Of a stretch of DNA of 64,000 nt, positions 12,249 through 25,744 are shown piece after piece. Position numbers and translations under genes: made by a program. Source of the DNA: Welwitschia mirabilis (Eukaryota); contig JBOZIK010000001.1 of the NCBI GenBank assembly GCA_051453625.1, positions 22,119,455 to 22,183,454 of the forward strand, given 5' to 3'. The notes under the pieces are model-generated. The model saw nothing but the letters and a program-made list of their open reading frames with translations, made no database searches and was not told the DNA's origin. Positions within the stretch are counted from its first letter, which is position 1. Each line of letters opens with the position of its first letter.

Positions 12249-14059
12249 CATGATTACCATTAATGTCCTATCATACCAGGGTAAATTTTTCTAAAAGGAA
12301 TATTTAGCAGTATTAGTAGCTATAGGAACTTCACTGATGGGTCAGTTGACCATGCTTTATAGGTCCTTACTTCTTTGACTATGGTTGCAATCTCCTCATC
12401 ATGGAAAGTAGTACTAAAACTTCAAGATTATGAGATTAAGAGTGTTCCTAAAGTAGTCAAAGCATTGCTTATTTTTTAGACTCTTAGTATTCCTATATGA
12501 TTATTTTAGTTTTGAGGTTTCAAATGTATTTTTAGATGTGAATAGGTGAGTTTATTTCTAAGAAACTTTTAATTTTATCATTCATTATTTTAAGCACTTA
12601 ATCTATGGTATTATTATAATAATTACCTTTTTGAGTGGAACTTTATGAAGTCGATACATTTTATCATGCATTTTTACTTAGGTGCAATTATAATATCTTC
12701 TAAAAGGGTTTTGTAGATTAGAACTTAAGGTATATAAGATATCTTTTTCATGGTTTTATCTCTATTTGATTCTTTAGTTTGTTATTTCAAAGTCATTTCT
12801 ATATTTTTTCCATAATCATTTAGGATTTTATCATTCAGTAGTTTCTTTGTTATTATTTTCATTTTTAGTTGTTTTATCTTATCAATAAAAGTTAACTTTC
12901 TTTTATCAAGATGACCTCCTCTTATTCTTAGATGATTTTATTTAAGATTTTTTCTAAGATTCCTTTGAGTTTTTGGGAGTTCTATATATTTTCATGATTA
13001 TTTTTTAGTTTGGATGCATTTGTTTAGTTTTCTTTGTCAAGAATCATCCTACTTAATGCATTTTCATCATCCTACCTTTTGATTTCTTTAAGTTTTTATC
13101 ATTATCCTCAGTCATCATAATTCTTCATCATTTCCTATTTTTCAATTTTTTTGATAAAATTTGATACCTTCATGGTGATATTTAAGCCTAAAATTTTTAA
13201 TTGACATTTTTATTTTTTTTAAACGTTTTTAAGTTTCTATAATTTACTAGGTCATTTAGATGACATGGAGGATAACAGCTGAGATTTTTTTAAGAGTTGT
13301 CTTAGGCTTGTTATCTAGAAAACACATGAATGTTAGTGTGGTAAAACCATAGCTATGTTTCTTTTCTCTTATTTTTATTCATTTCTTTGTTATTTTTATT
13401 CATTCCTCTAAGAGATTTAGTTACTCTAGTCCCTACCAATGTTTTGGAAGTTTCCCTGTTAGATTGACACTCCAGATTATGAATTTTGAATGAAATTTTT
13501 AAGATGAGTTATGATTTTGTCTCCCTCATTATTTCAATTTTTCTTCTATTTTTGATCCTTTTAGCATATAGTCTTCATGTATATCCTTCAATTTTTTGTG
13601 ATATTTAATTTGGTACTTATGAATTTGATTTTTACCATGTATTTTATGAGATATCTCAAATTGTATGTTTTACAAGGTAGAATTAGGTTTTTAACTTTAA
13701 ACCTAATTTTTTCCCAAAACAATAATCAAAACATAGCAATTCTTTATGGTAAATTGATTAGTGTAATGAGTTCTATGATTCTACTGTATTAGAATTTTGA
13801 TTTTAAAACTTTTATTTTTGACCTCATGCGGGGTTCACTACTTTTGCACATTTTGATTTTTTCTTGTATTTCTTATTTTTTTTTCACATAATTAATTCAT
13901 GCAAGATGTATTGATACTCTTGAGGGAGGGGGAGGATAATACATATTATTATGATTTTTACACATTAAAAACCAATTTATGGGGTCATTTCAAGATTCCA
14001 TTCAATCTATTTTAACTATTTCCACTTAATCTCACATGATGCATTTCATGTTTATAATT

Positions 14060-15300
14060 GATTAGGCCACACACACATAGAGTGAGATAGGCTACGATAG
14101 AGGCTGAGGAAGTAGAGAAAAACACTAATCCATTAGCACCACTAAGGGTAGAGCAAGAAGAGTCTGTCTGCCCTCAACCTTATTAGACTTAGTCTCTCTC
14201 AATTTAGACAGGTTCTATTTAAGTAGAAAGATATTTTGGAGACTTCATGAGTCAATTAGAGCCAAAGGTGAATTAGAGACTTATGGATCTATATCTTGAT
14301 GGATCATAGATACACAGGGTAGATATTACATCTTAAAGACCAGAGAGTTCTATAATACTATACATATAGAAAGGTGTTTTGATGCTTATAACTGACTTAT
14401 TAATATGATTGTAGCTATCATTCATAACCATGAGATAGTAATTCTCTTGAACTACATTACTACTATTATTGACCTAAGTGATATTAGAAGTACACATATC
14501 CATTTAGCTAATGGTAGAAAAGAGTGTCGTGTTTATGGTATAATACTAAACATACTAGCTTACCTAGTTACTAATAGATAGGGAGTTTTGGTGATGCAAT
14601 AATCACCTACCTATTAGATTCTCTATAGAGGATTGATTCGTAACATCAGTCCTCCATTTCATGACAGTCCTACTGTGGTTGCTTTTTTAGATGCTAGTAG
14701 TATTCAAGGAGGGGAAGCAGATGGATCTATTGACATTTATTTGAAGGAGACTTAAGAGTATGATCGAAGCATGATAGTTACAGAATATGAGATATCATTA
14801 CCTACTGTTAGCCATGTTTAGATGCTTTGATATACTTGAGTTTATGAACAAGTAGAGACTTACACATATTCACACTTCAGCTCATTACCTACAGGACATG
14901 GACATTTAGATACTAAGAGGGATAGAGAGATGTTAAGTATAAAGACCTACATTTAGCATCACTATTGAGCAAATTTAAAATCTTCTAGAAAAAATGATAT
15001 AAAGCATTATAGAGATGGTAGATTAAGCATTGTCATGCTTAAGTAAAGGGTTACTACAGCTAAGAGGAGAGTATAATATATGAATAAGTAATTAGTTAAT
15101 ATGTGTTAGCACATATTATTTATTAAGCATGGTATGATAGTGGATCTCCCAGAGGCAATTAGAGTATAGGGATATAAGATGGCGGACGCCATTATGACAT
15201 TACTTAATTACCATTTCCCTTTAGATCATGAGCATCTTCCTTCTTCTTCACTTGCTCCTGAGCCTATTGTGCATCAGAAGTTATTTTGTTATGATGAGGG
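14060..15300 (+). pseudogene. Extra (env-like) ORF remnant of element B
   Basis: Decayed coding-like tract with TREFY motif (~14340-14355); homologous to 60-1230. Confidence 0.55.
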
Positions 15301-15815
15301 GAGTAATTTACTATGTTTTATTATGTATCTTCTCTTCGTGAATTATATTAAAAAATCATGATTATTATGGACATATCATTTACTGAGTATCATCACAGTG
15401 TACATTTTATTGCTGGGATATTATGCATATCTTTTACATATCATTTATGACACTTCATGATGAGGATTTTTCTTATGTTATACATGATTATTTTTAAGTA
15501 TCTATTGTACATTTGAGTGTGAGGCTATTACTATTGATGCATTATAATATCTATCTTTCTAAAAAAAATTTCATAGGCTTTTATTTTTCAAGACTATTAT
15601 CATTCCTTTCATCATTTACATGATTACTAGGACGATAGTATAGCTACTTATACTACATAGGTAAAATATTTAGTTACCTATTTTTGACATTTCTATTTTG
15701 CATTCTGAGATTTCTATGATTATCTTTGAGTTTATTTCATAGTTTCTTATTTGATTTATCTTTTTCCAATTTTCCTTATAATTATGATTGTTTACCTGAT
15801 TTTATCAGAGACTAA

Positions 15816-15835
15816 CAAGGAGAAGTAAAGGGTTG
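15816..15835 (+). promoter_or_regulatory. Polypurine tract of element B
   Basis: CAAGGAGAAGTAAAGGGTTG immediately before the LTR start TGTTG. Confidence 0.6.
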
Positions 15836-17090
15836 TGTTGCACAACCAAATTCTATGTATTTGATAGGGTATTTTTGAGTAGTTTCATAGGAAATTAGAC
15901 AAGTTTATGCTAAGCTTTAACAACAATAGAGAGCTAAGATAAATATCATGAAAACGTGCAATCTTTATTACATTTGATAATATTTAAAGAAAATTACGAT
16001 ACTTTTTATTTAAAGCAGTAATCATGTAATCAAAGAGGCTAATTTGACATAAGAAACATCTTTAAAGTCCATTATCCACCTTATCATCTAGATGACTATA
16101 TGGATGATAGAAGTACTTATGCTAATAAAGATGCTTACTAGACTAATCTGGTAGCTGATGTAGAACTTGTATGATGCAGCATTGTCTCTTATAACATCTA
16201 AATGATCAGTAGGATGACACCTAGAGATAACACTTCATTAAATTTTATCAAACTTTCATCATGTGTCTTATACCTTTTTACGTGGCTATTAGGGTTTTAC
16301 CACATTTATTAGTATTTATTATTTGTAGAGTCTATTATTGTAATAAATACCTCCTTCATCCTTAACTCCAACTTTATCTTCTTTTGCATTAAAAGTTTTT
16401 GTAACAAGAGACCGAAGGATAAGAGGTTTATCCCTTTTTATCATAAAGAGATATCTTTCTTAATGTTAGCTTATGTATCCTTTATTGAGGTGTTATTTCT
16501 TTATAACATGAATGCTGGTTTAACTTACTTAAAACTATATTTTTCTTTTCATACCATTTGTTATGTGCATCTCCCTAATGGTTTATGTTACTTATGATTC
16601 TGTGATGATTTCATCTATAATCTAGATCATAAGGGTAACATTTATTAAGGTTGATATTTTTAATTTAGGTGCATTAAATTTCATTTTCTAGATTAACTTC
16701 ACATTATTTTCATATTTTGTTTGATGCCCTTGATAGCTTAGGTTGGTCGTAGTTTATTTTCTTGATTGATCTAGGTTATATAAGACTGATCTCTATAATA
16801 AGTTGATTTGGTAATCACATAGATGTTGCATTTAGAATATAACTTGTATCTCATTTGCTTAGTGTATTTATTTGCATTGTTATTTTATATTGTTATTGTT
16901 TTACTTAAAGTTTACATAAGTATTTCATTTTGAAATCACTTCTCTTTCTTTTCGTCTATTCCTTCAATGAAGTTATGACATTTGAATCATTCCCATTTAT
17001 ATTAGTGTGTTATGTTATGTAATATATATTTTTATGATTTTTAGAATTTGTTTGAGAATGTAATATTTAATACAGATATGCACCACAACA
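15836..17090 (+). repeat. 3' LTR of element B
   Basis: Starts TGTTGCACAACC, ends ATATGCACCACAACA (TGTTG/CAACA inverted termini); homologous to 11159-12248. Confidence 0.85.
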
Positions 17091-17099
17091 TTATACCCT

Positions 17100-19700
17100 A
17101 AAAACCCATCTAAAAAGTAGTACAAAGGATTTCCTATAAGTTGTTTAAGATTTAATTAGATAATAAAAGTGGGAAGTGATCTTTTATAGAGATGGTGTTT
17201 AATTTTCTATAATCTATAAACATCCTTAATTTGATTGTAGGTCTAGTGGAAATGAGTTTATTATTTTCATTTAAAATTAGGATAATTTTAGATTTTTTTC
17301 TATAGTTTTGGTTCGAATTATTCATTTACTATTTATAGTGAAATAGATAATTCTATTGTTTAAAAGTTTAATCACTTCAATTTTTACTACCTTTAGGGTT
17401 GATCTTATACTTCTTTGGGATTTTATCAATGGATTTTCATTCTAATTTAAGTAAACATCATGCACATAGATTCTAGGATAAATACCCTTAATATACAAAA
17501 GAGTCCATCCTATTAATTTCTTATTCTTTTTTAAAAGGTTTAGTAACTAAGTTTCTTGGGATAAAGTTAGGAAGAATTGATTACTACTGGAAAGATGGAA
17601 TTTTGTCCTAACAAGGCATATTTAAGGTTATTTAACAAAGGCTTAAGTTTAAGAGAATTTTTATCCTAAGTGATAGGTCATAATTTTGGAGAAAGGTCTA
17701 AGTCATCATTTCTAGAAAAGTGAGTAGAGGATTCTTATCTTTTAAGAGGATTTCTATTCCATTGATATGTTATACTCCTTCATCATTAGATGACAATTTC
17801 ATGGCATTAAAAACATTTAATTCTATTGTAATATTATCGAAGGAGATTTACATTAACCCATTCCTACAATTAATTAAAGTATTTAAAGTTCTATGAAATG
17901 TCTTTCTAAAATGATAAGCAATGATTGATTTTTTGTATTTTTCATGTCCAAAACTACAAATTCCACTAAGAAGTAGTAATTAGTAACACTAACAATGGCA
18001 TTCTCTATAACTCCTAATAAATTTTTTACAAAATTATTAGCTAGCTAGAATTAGAGTTTGTATTTTTAAGCCCTTATAAGCTTAATTCTTTATAGGTTCA
18101 CTAAGGAAGCAAGGTTATACTAGTTCTTAAGTATAATAAGGCTTGGTTGAGTTGCTTATTTCCTATAGTGATTGAAATTGTAGGGCATTCAAAGTCTTTA
18201 TACTTAGATCGAACTTTATTCTAAAGGATTCCACTTATTTTCTATACTAACAAGACTTTACTCTTTACATTCATACATCTTTTTATGGTACACATGTATT
18301 TATGAAATTTTGCATAGGAAGGAACATGTTTAATATCTTAAAAGATAGGGGTATTTACCTTAACTTCTTTAAAGATCTTTAAATACTGTAATTACCTTTT
18401 CATGATATAGGGAAAAGATAGGTATTATAAGCAAGGGATCCTCTATTGTTTAATCTTTTTCCTTGATTTTTATGAGGACTAGGTTTTTTGTGTTTTTATT
18501 TTATGTAGGTGGATTATCTAATTCTTTTGTACTCCTATGATGAATGAACTTAGTCTCTTCTATATTTATGAGTTATACTTCTTTTATAAACTTAACTCCC
18601 TTTGGACTAGGTTGAGAATTCATGGAAAGTTTATTCATCTTTTTATGGTTTAAGACAAAGAGAATTTGGTCTTGGGTATGCTAGATTTATTAGATAACTT
18701 AAGTGATGAATTAAGTATTCTATTTAAGATTGGTTAATAACAAGGAATGCTATTTTAGTAATTTTTTCAATGATTATGATTGAGTTGAACTTAGATTTTC
18801 ATGGACTTTCTTATTTATTATTAAAAGAGGATGGATGAAGATGATTTTTGGTAATTAGATGGAAAGGGATTTAAGGATGATGAAGAAAATGAGTTTACTA
18901 GTTAATTAATTTAGCTTTACCTATGTAAATTATCCTATTTTCAAGAAAAATTGGGATGATTCCTCCACCTAATGTTGTATGTGTTGGAATATTGGTAATT
19001 TTTTTGGTTTTGCCATTGATACCCAATTGCATTAACTTTCTCGTATATAATGTTTTTAATATAAGGAAATTACAAGATACTAAGATATTTTATAAGAATC
19101 TATGTAACAAGTTAGTCATTTTGATATAGTGGCCAAAGGTGAAGATGAGGGTAAGGTGGTGAAAGATTTCATTTTTCTTGCTAATTCATCTATACTACTA
19201 TTAAGCTCAAAATTTTTCAGTATTTTGAACACACTTGTGACTTAATAGGATAATGGATCTAGATGGTTCACTAGGTTGCTTATAATTCTTAGAACTCTTA
19301 GCTATAGTTTGTAGGTAATTGCACACTTTACTAAGGGCATGTTAACTAAACTTCCCCTACTCATCATTTGCACCAATTGCATGTTATTTGTGGACAACCC
19401 ATTATAAAAGAAGATTATCTTATTTTTTGGTTCAAATCCATGTTAGGAGTATTATTGTAATAGATCTTTGAATATTTTTAAGACTTTACAAAGTGTATCA
19501 TGGTATTTCTACTGATAGTTCATTATCTCCATTTTTAAGGCATTTATCTTATGATTGGAAAATAATTTTGAGATGAAGTCTTTATTAAGATCATTTCAAG
19601 TTATAATTAACTAGGATTTTAAGGTGTAAAGCCATGACTTAGTTTTTTTCTTTCATGAATAATAGGAAGGATCATGGCATAATAGGTATTTTAATGTCAT
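17100..19700 (+). mobile_element. Very degenerate L1-like LINE ORF2 remnant
   Basis: Faint motifs in the expected order: QGDPL-like (AAGCAAGGGATCCTCT ~18430), Cys cluster TGTTGTATGTGT (~18975, zf-RVT-like), YNVFNIRK (~19050), LDGS (~19260, RNase H-like). No open frame. Confidence 0.4.
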
Positions 19701-20349
19701 GATAAGTTAGAAAGTTTGCACTCAAATTCCATAGGATGCAAGTAAGGATCTTTTGATTCTAAGCTCTAAAAGTATAGCAACAACTAAATTATGAAAGGTT
19801 TAATATCTAATATAGATGCTACCGGTTATTGAACTATGCAAGAGGGTGTTCCTAGGCATTGAGATCATAGATAATCACAAAGGTTTTCCTATAGAAGTTA
19901 TTCTAAATTTGGTTTTAGTTTTGGTTCTAGTTTTGATTTTGGACCACATTTTGAGTTTCTTATTAGTTAAGGTTGTAAGTATTTAGATTGTCTATTAGCT
20001 CCCAAGCTGTTAAAGATATATTAAGATGTTATGGATTGGTTTGAGTATTTAGATTTTCAGAAGTAGAGGCTTGTTCCATTTAAGAGTCATCAAGAGGCTG
20101 GATTTCCTATGTACTTCTTTGTTCTAAAAAGGGATTCATTTTGTTGAGGAGATTTTGAATTAACCTACCTGAGTTAGTATACATCTAAGGCATTCAAGAA
20201 TTAAATTATATTTTATACAAGGTTTGAGAAGCTTTTACATAGAATCCATAAGCCAAAAGTTTTTTAAAATGTTTATAGAGGATGTACGAGAAGTTTTAAA
20301 GTTTGTTTCTCAAGAATGTTAGTGGAATTGATTAAGGAAGGTGGTGGCG

Positions 20350-22249
20350 TCAACTAGAAAATGAATTTTAGTTATAAAAAAACTAGAGGTGTTCACATAT
20401 GCCTCATAGAATCTTTAACATATTAGGTTCATAAAAAAATAAAATAAAAATGGAAAATGTGAGCACACATAAAAGTAAACTTTAATAAAATTATAAAATT
20501 TTTTAGATTATTAATGTTTAACACATGAATTCATATAAAAAATTAAACTATAAATTATAAAAGAATAGAAAATAACTAAAAGCATGAAAGTTAAAATTTT
20601 TTACTCTTTTTACCTATTGCAACCTTCAAACACACTATTAGACTTATACACAAAATTAAGTTAGAGTAAAAATGAAAGAAAAGTAAAACCACACTAGTTT
20701 GGGTATCACTAGAATGGTCACTTACAACCAATGAAAAAAATAACATACAAAGAAGAAGAAGAAGAAGAAATAAGAAAAAAAAGGACTAGTTTGGATATCA
20801 CTGGAGTGGACTAATACCAATCATTAGAAAAATAAAAACTAACTAAAAATCTTGCAAGAAAAAAAAGTTGAGGCTCTTTTGAGTAGCTACCATGCTATTA
20901 TCCCAACAATGGTGCAAAAATTTATTCATTTCATATAATGAACTAGAATTAACTAAGTTTACACTTAGCATTGTTCTTTCCATAGGGATAACTAAGGTAG
21001 GTCTTAAAATGTTACACACTCTTGCATCTATAATTAAGAGAAAGGAAAATGGAGGAGTTGAGAGTAGTTATTTTAAAACTTCAATTTTGGAAAAGTAGGG
21101 AAACAAGCAAGCCCCAAGTATTTTCTAACTTGTTCACTAGCACTTATTTACTCTAATGATATCCTATGCTTTGTCTAGAACATAGTTCAAAATATTAAGT
21201 GTATTGGCTTAAGTCATGATGACATAATCTCATTCATCATATGAATATTGGTGAACTCAATCATCACTAAATCCTTCATAGCCTTGTAATAAAAATAGAA
21301 ATACTTAAGATCCAAAAAAATTACAAAGCCTTAGATCATGTAATTAAGGAATTTACTCAAATAAAACTAAAATAGTATAATTAGGTTGTTACACAAGTTT
21401 TCCAAGTACAGAATGACTTACCACTAGAAATTAAAAGAAAAAAATTATTAGTATTAAAGAAAACACATTACATACAAAGAAGAGGAATGTTGATAGAACT
21501 TTTAATCTATCCTTAAAGGCAAGCTCACTTCCTAAAGAAGTTCTTAGAAGGCCATCATAACTTCATGCTTTAAAGATTTAATCTTTTGCAAAAATGAAGG
21601 ATGTTACAATGAAGGACTTAAAACCCTTTTATAAGCAAAGATGGAAGTGGGGAATAATTATAAATTTTTGGCTTGTACTATTAGGTAAGTGATTACAAAA
21701 TGATGGCATTAGGTAGGGCATTTTGCCAGTTTTTTCCATTTGTTAGAAATCATTATGATGAACAGAATACTTGGCTCTTGGGTGCTACTAATTTTTCTAA
21801 CTACTAGTATTACCATATGTCTCCACCATCATCCTAATTAATAATTCCATATGTTGCTATTATATATTACCATCATCATTGCCACGTGTTATTAAGAATG
21901 CAAGTTTCTACTAATGTGGAATTCGATCAAGCCCATAACTGCATTTGAATCAATTTCTTACAATAAATTAGAAACTTGAGATTTAAAATGTTTTGTATAG
22001 AAGGCCTAACAACACCGAGTAACCTAAATGATAGATCCATCATTTTAGTCTAGATGATCAGCAAATTTAAGCATGTTCTTTAAAATGCAACAAATATCCT
22101 AAAAATGTCATGTGTAAATAATAAGTTCATAATTATTATAGAAAATCAATAAAATTCATGTTTTTGTAACAAAATTAATTATATTAATGTCTTTCATTAT
22201 GATAATTTGATTAACCAACTTATATGAATTCATTTTTTACATGTTAACA
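20350..22249 (-). mobile_element. Element D: 5' LTR (~20922-22249), PBS (~20900-20918) and truncated 5' UTR of an Athila-like element
   Basis: + strand TCCCAACAATGGTGCAAAA resembles decayed TCCCCGGCAACGGCGCCAAA (reverse of the Asp PBS). Right end TTTTACATGTTAACA resembles the LTR end at 31305-31319. Confidence 0.55.
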
Positions 22250-22908
22250 ATGGTGAAGGTAGGAAATTGAACTATATGTAAAGGTCTAATCTGAATCATC
22301 CAACTACAAAGTATTAACTTTAATAATATACTATAAATTTTTAAAATAAACCTTTAGATTCTCAAGTCATTATGATTTAGATCATGGTAATGTAATCTCA
22401 TTTATCACATGGGTAGTGGTAAACCTCTTAGCCTTCATAGCCTAATGTAAGAATGAAAAGTAGGAATGAAAGTGCCGCAGGATCATTAAATAAGATATTA
22501 TAACTAAGAAGTAAACTAAATAAACTTACTTAAAAAATAAAAGTACTTAATAATGTAGTCTCATTTAAGCATTAAAACTACAATGTTAATTATAACTCAA
22601 AATTAAAGATGAACAACTACTTTTATTTTATGAAAAAGTAAGAATTACATTACATTGAACAAAGAAAATCAGGCTGATATAAACTCAATAAAACTAGCCT
22701 TGAAGGTAGCCCACACTTAAAGGAGAAGCTTGAAAATAGATGACGCTTGATGCTCTAAGGGTTTTAAATATTTACCCTCTTAAAGATTTTTTCTCCTTTT
22801 AAATAAGGGTGCTTTGCCATTTTTATATGCAATAATATGATTAGGGTTTTATAATTGAAAATTTGACACTCTTATAGCCACATATTTCATTGAGTTTGTT
22901 GCCATAAC

Positions 22909-24338
22909 TAATAGAATCGAGAACCCTACGGGCAGGGAGGGGGGTGGAGGGGTAAATAGGTTCTTTCCAAACTCAATAAATAATCTAAAATGAATCAGTC
23001 TAAATGCAATTTGCAAACATTAAATAAACTATTCTAGAAAGTGCGCAATATGATAAAATACTGAAAGTAAAGAATCAAAAACCAAAAGCACAAACCACCA
23101 CTTTAGTAAAAGCCAGATTTATCGTGGTTTAGGGAATCCCCTATTTCACTCTCGATGATCAGCTTCTTCTAAGCTAGATCTTAGTTCTCTATTACTCCAT
23201 CAAGTATTTCAGGTTCACCTATAACCTTTATAAACAGACTTTTCTAGGCTAAGTCTCAACCTTTAGAACAAACTTTTCAAGGCCTAGTCTCAACCTTTAG
23301 TAAACAGGGTAGTGATGGAGTAATGCCTCAAAATCATAGATCTAACTCATTCTGAAATCACTATAATAGATGAAGCTCTCCTTTTGTAGAAATACAACCA
23401 ATAAATCTCTAAATCTGACTTTGAATGAAGTAAGTATGCTAATGGTAGATATCCTCCAATCAGAAATGTAGATGCCAAGATACAATAATGATAGTAATAC
23501 AAATACACAGCTTGATCTTTTTGATCTAATAGATTTCTCCAAATAAAAGTGGTTCCAAAAAGATCGATTGGTCATCTATGGCTTAGCTATTTATAATATA
23601 AGGCTATTAGGGTTTAGTACATTTGAATTGCACCTCCAATGGCTATAAATGATTAGAAAATAGATACTTAATGGCTAGATAATGAATAAATAACATTTAT
23701 AAAATTTCTTTTCTGCTCTGTCTAGTCGACCCCCTAAAAATCCAGTCAATTCCATGTAGTGCTGTGAGTTACATAGGTTACTCGAGAGAGATTTTTGGTT
23801 GCTCTAGATTTTTTTTACATTTTATTATCCTATAGACCTCATTTAAGTTTAGTCGATCCTAGTCTGGTTGATCTCATCTTGGGTCCAGTTGATCCCATAA
23901 CAATCTATTCAGGCATACCGGCTGCTTAGTGCATAGGTTCAGTCGACCCCACATTGATTTGGTCGATCCCTTGTCTCTCAGTCTGGGAATACTAATTGTC
24001 AGGTCCTCAAATTCAGTTGACCCTATGAAAGTCTGGTTGACTCCTTACCATTTGGTTTAGATACACTAGTTCTCCAAGTTATAGATCCTGTTAAGCTTAT
24101 CAAAATCTGATTAACCCCTTTAGATGCAATTTATATTTGTTTGTCTGCTTCAGGTGCGATCGATTTCTTAAGGATCTGGTTAACACCTCTAGAGGATGAA
24201 CAAATAAATAGGTTTCTGATGCATATTTTAGTTTCATCTTTCAACCTATAAAAACCTTAACTATTCTACATAAAATACATAAAATTTGCTATATAAAAGA
24301 CATTAGTTTAACATCAATTAACAAAACATAATCTAACA
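22909..24338 (-). repeat. 3' LTR of the Sirevirus element
   Basis: Colinear with 29597-30992 (TAATAGAATCGAGAACCCTA vs TGATAGGATCAAGAATCCTA; ends AATCTAACA vs AATCTAATA). Confidence 0.92.
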
Positions 24339-24630
24339 ATCTCCCCTTTTGACATTGATGGGAAAAAAACAAGTGTTTTTAAGATTAAACAAATATTTCA
24401 TCTTTAAGCTCTTTCTAGTAAGGCATATTGACATAATAAAAAATTTCCCTTTTACAAAGATGTAAAACAATTATTTATGAAATAACCCATTGTTAATTGA
24501 TGAAAATTTTTTAAAAGACATTCTACATTTTCTCCATCTTTGACATCAATGGCAAAGAATAAAGATAGAGAGATAAAAAGCTAGAAACCTTAGACATGTG
24601 GTGAGAAATATCATATTGTCTCCCCCTAAC
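24339..24630 (-). promoter_or_regulatory. Multiple polypurine tracts upstream of the 3' LTR
   Basis: + strand TCTCCCCTTTT (24340), TTTCCCTTTT (~24445), TCTCCATCTTTGACATC (24531), TCTCCCCCT (24619); further copies at ~25339 and ~25428. Confidence 0.75.
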
Positions 24631-25744
24631 TTAATGTCACATATAAAAGGAATCACAATAGAGTTTTCAAACTAGTATGTAAAGGAGATGATAAGTTGCA
24701 ATTTATAATTCCCAAAGAAAAACCAACTGATGCTATGATCATGATGATAAGACAAAGTAAAACATCATAATATTTAAAGTTTATAAATAAAGTTCCATAG
24801 AAGTTACCAAGAAATTAAAACATTAATAGTAAAAGGAATAATAATTTTTCTATTCTATTATGGTGATAGCTATAAAACTTTGAGAGACTAGATAACCGAG
24901 TATGAATTGGGTCAACTGAGCTATTTCAATTGACCAAATATTAAGTTTGATTAACCATCTTGCAATTAAGTATAGGACAAGGAGAGTACCCTCAGTTCAT
25001 TTCTGAGATAAATAAAAGTATCAAAGTTAAGGGGTTTAGTAAAAATATCTATTAATTGTTGGTCTATGATTACAAAACTCATAGATATATGTCCTTTTTC
25101 AACTTGATCTCAAAGGAAATGATGTTTAAGCTNNNNNNNNNNNNNNNNNNNNNNNNNNNNNNNNNNNNNNNNNNNNNNNNNNNNNNNNNNNNNNNNNNNN
25201 NNNNNNNNNNNNNNNNNNNNNNNNNNNNNNNNATTAAAACATTATAAGTCTAAAATGCAAGGATTACAAAGTAGAAGTGCTCATCAAGAGCGTATAAGAA
25301 ATATAACCAAAACAAAAAAAAAAAAAAAAGACAACTAATTCTCCCCCTTTTTAACATCAATGGCAAAGAGTAAAGATAGAGAAATAATAAGTTATAAATC
25401 ATAGACATGTAATAAGAATATTCATAGTTTCTCCCCTAACTTTATGTCATATAAAAAGGAATGATAAGTGTTAAATCATAACTCCAAAATAAAACCAAAT
25501 GATGGTTCTAATAATGATAATAAGACAAAGTAAAAAATAAAAATATTTAAAATTTATAGATAAGATGGCACAGAAGTTATCAAGAAATCAAAATATAAAT
25601 GCTAGTAAAAGGAAATAAGAATTTTTCTATTCTGTTGTGGTAAGAGTTATAGAACTTTAAGAGACTAGATAACTGAGTATTAAACTAGTTAACCGATCTA
25701 TTCCAGTCAGCTAAATATCAAGTTCGATTGACCCTCCTACAATT

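Larger units (their letters stand above)
12249..17090 (+). mobile_element. Element B: 3' half of an Athila-like element related to A (post-pol region, extra ORF, PPT, 3' LTR)
   Basis: 12249-15500 is a diverged inverted homolog of 1-3910; followed by a purine tract and an LTR homologous to that of A. Confidence 0.85.

Noticed and set aside
12268..12420. 5S rRNA-like words (ATCATACCAG; AGTAGTACTA) suggesting a Cassandra-type insert
   Set aside because: Spacing is about twice that in 5S rRNA and the words are not kept in the other three homologous blocks.
20692..20810. ACTAGTTTGG.TATCACT duplicate and (GAA)n run
   Set aside because: Ordinary short duplication and microsatellite in a retroelement UTR.
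23720..24190. CRISPR-like spaced repeats
   Set aside because: Short degenerate motifs with irregular spacing inside a eukaryotic LTR; no cas genes.
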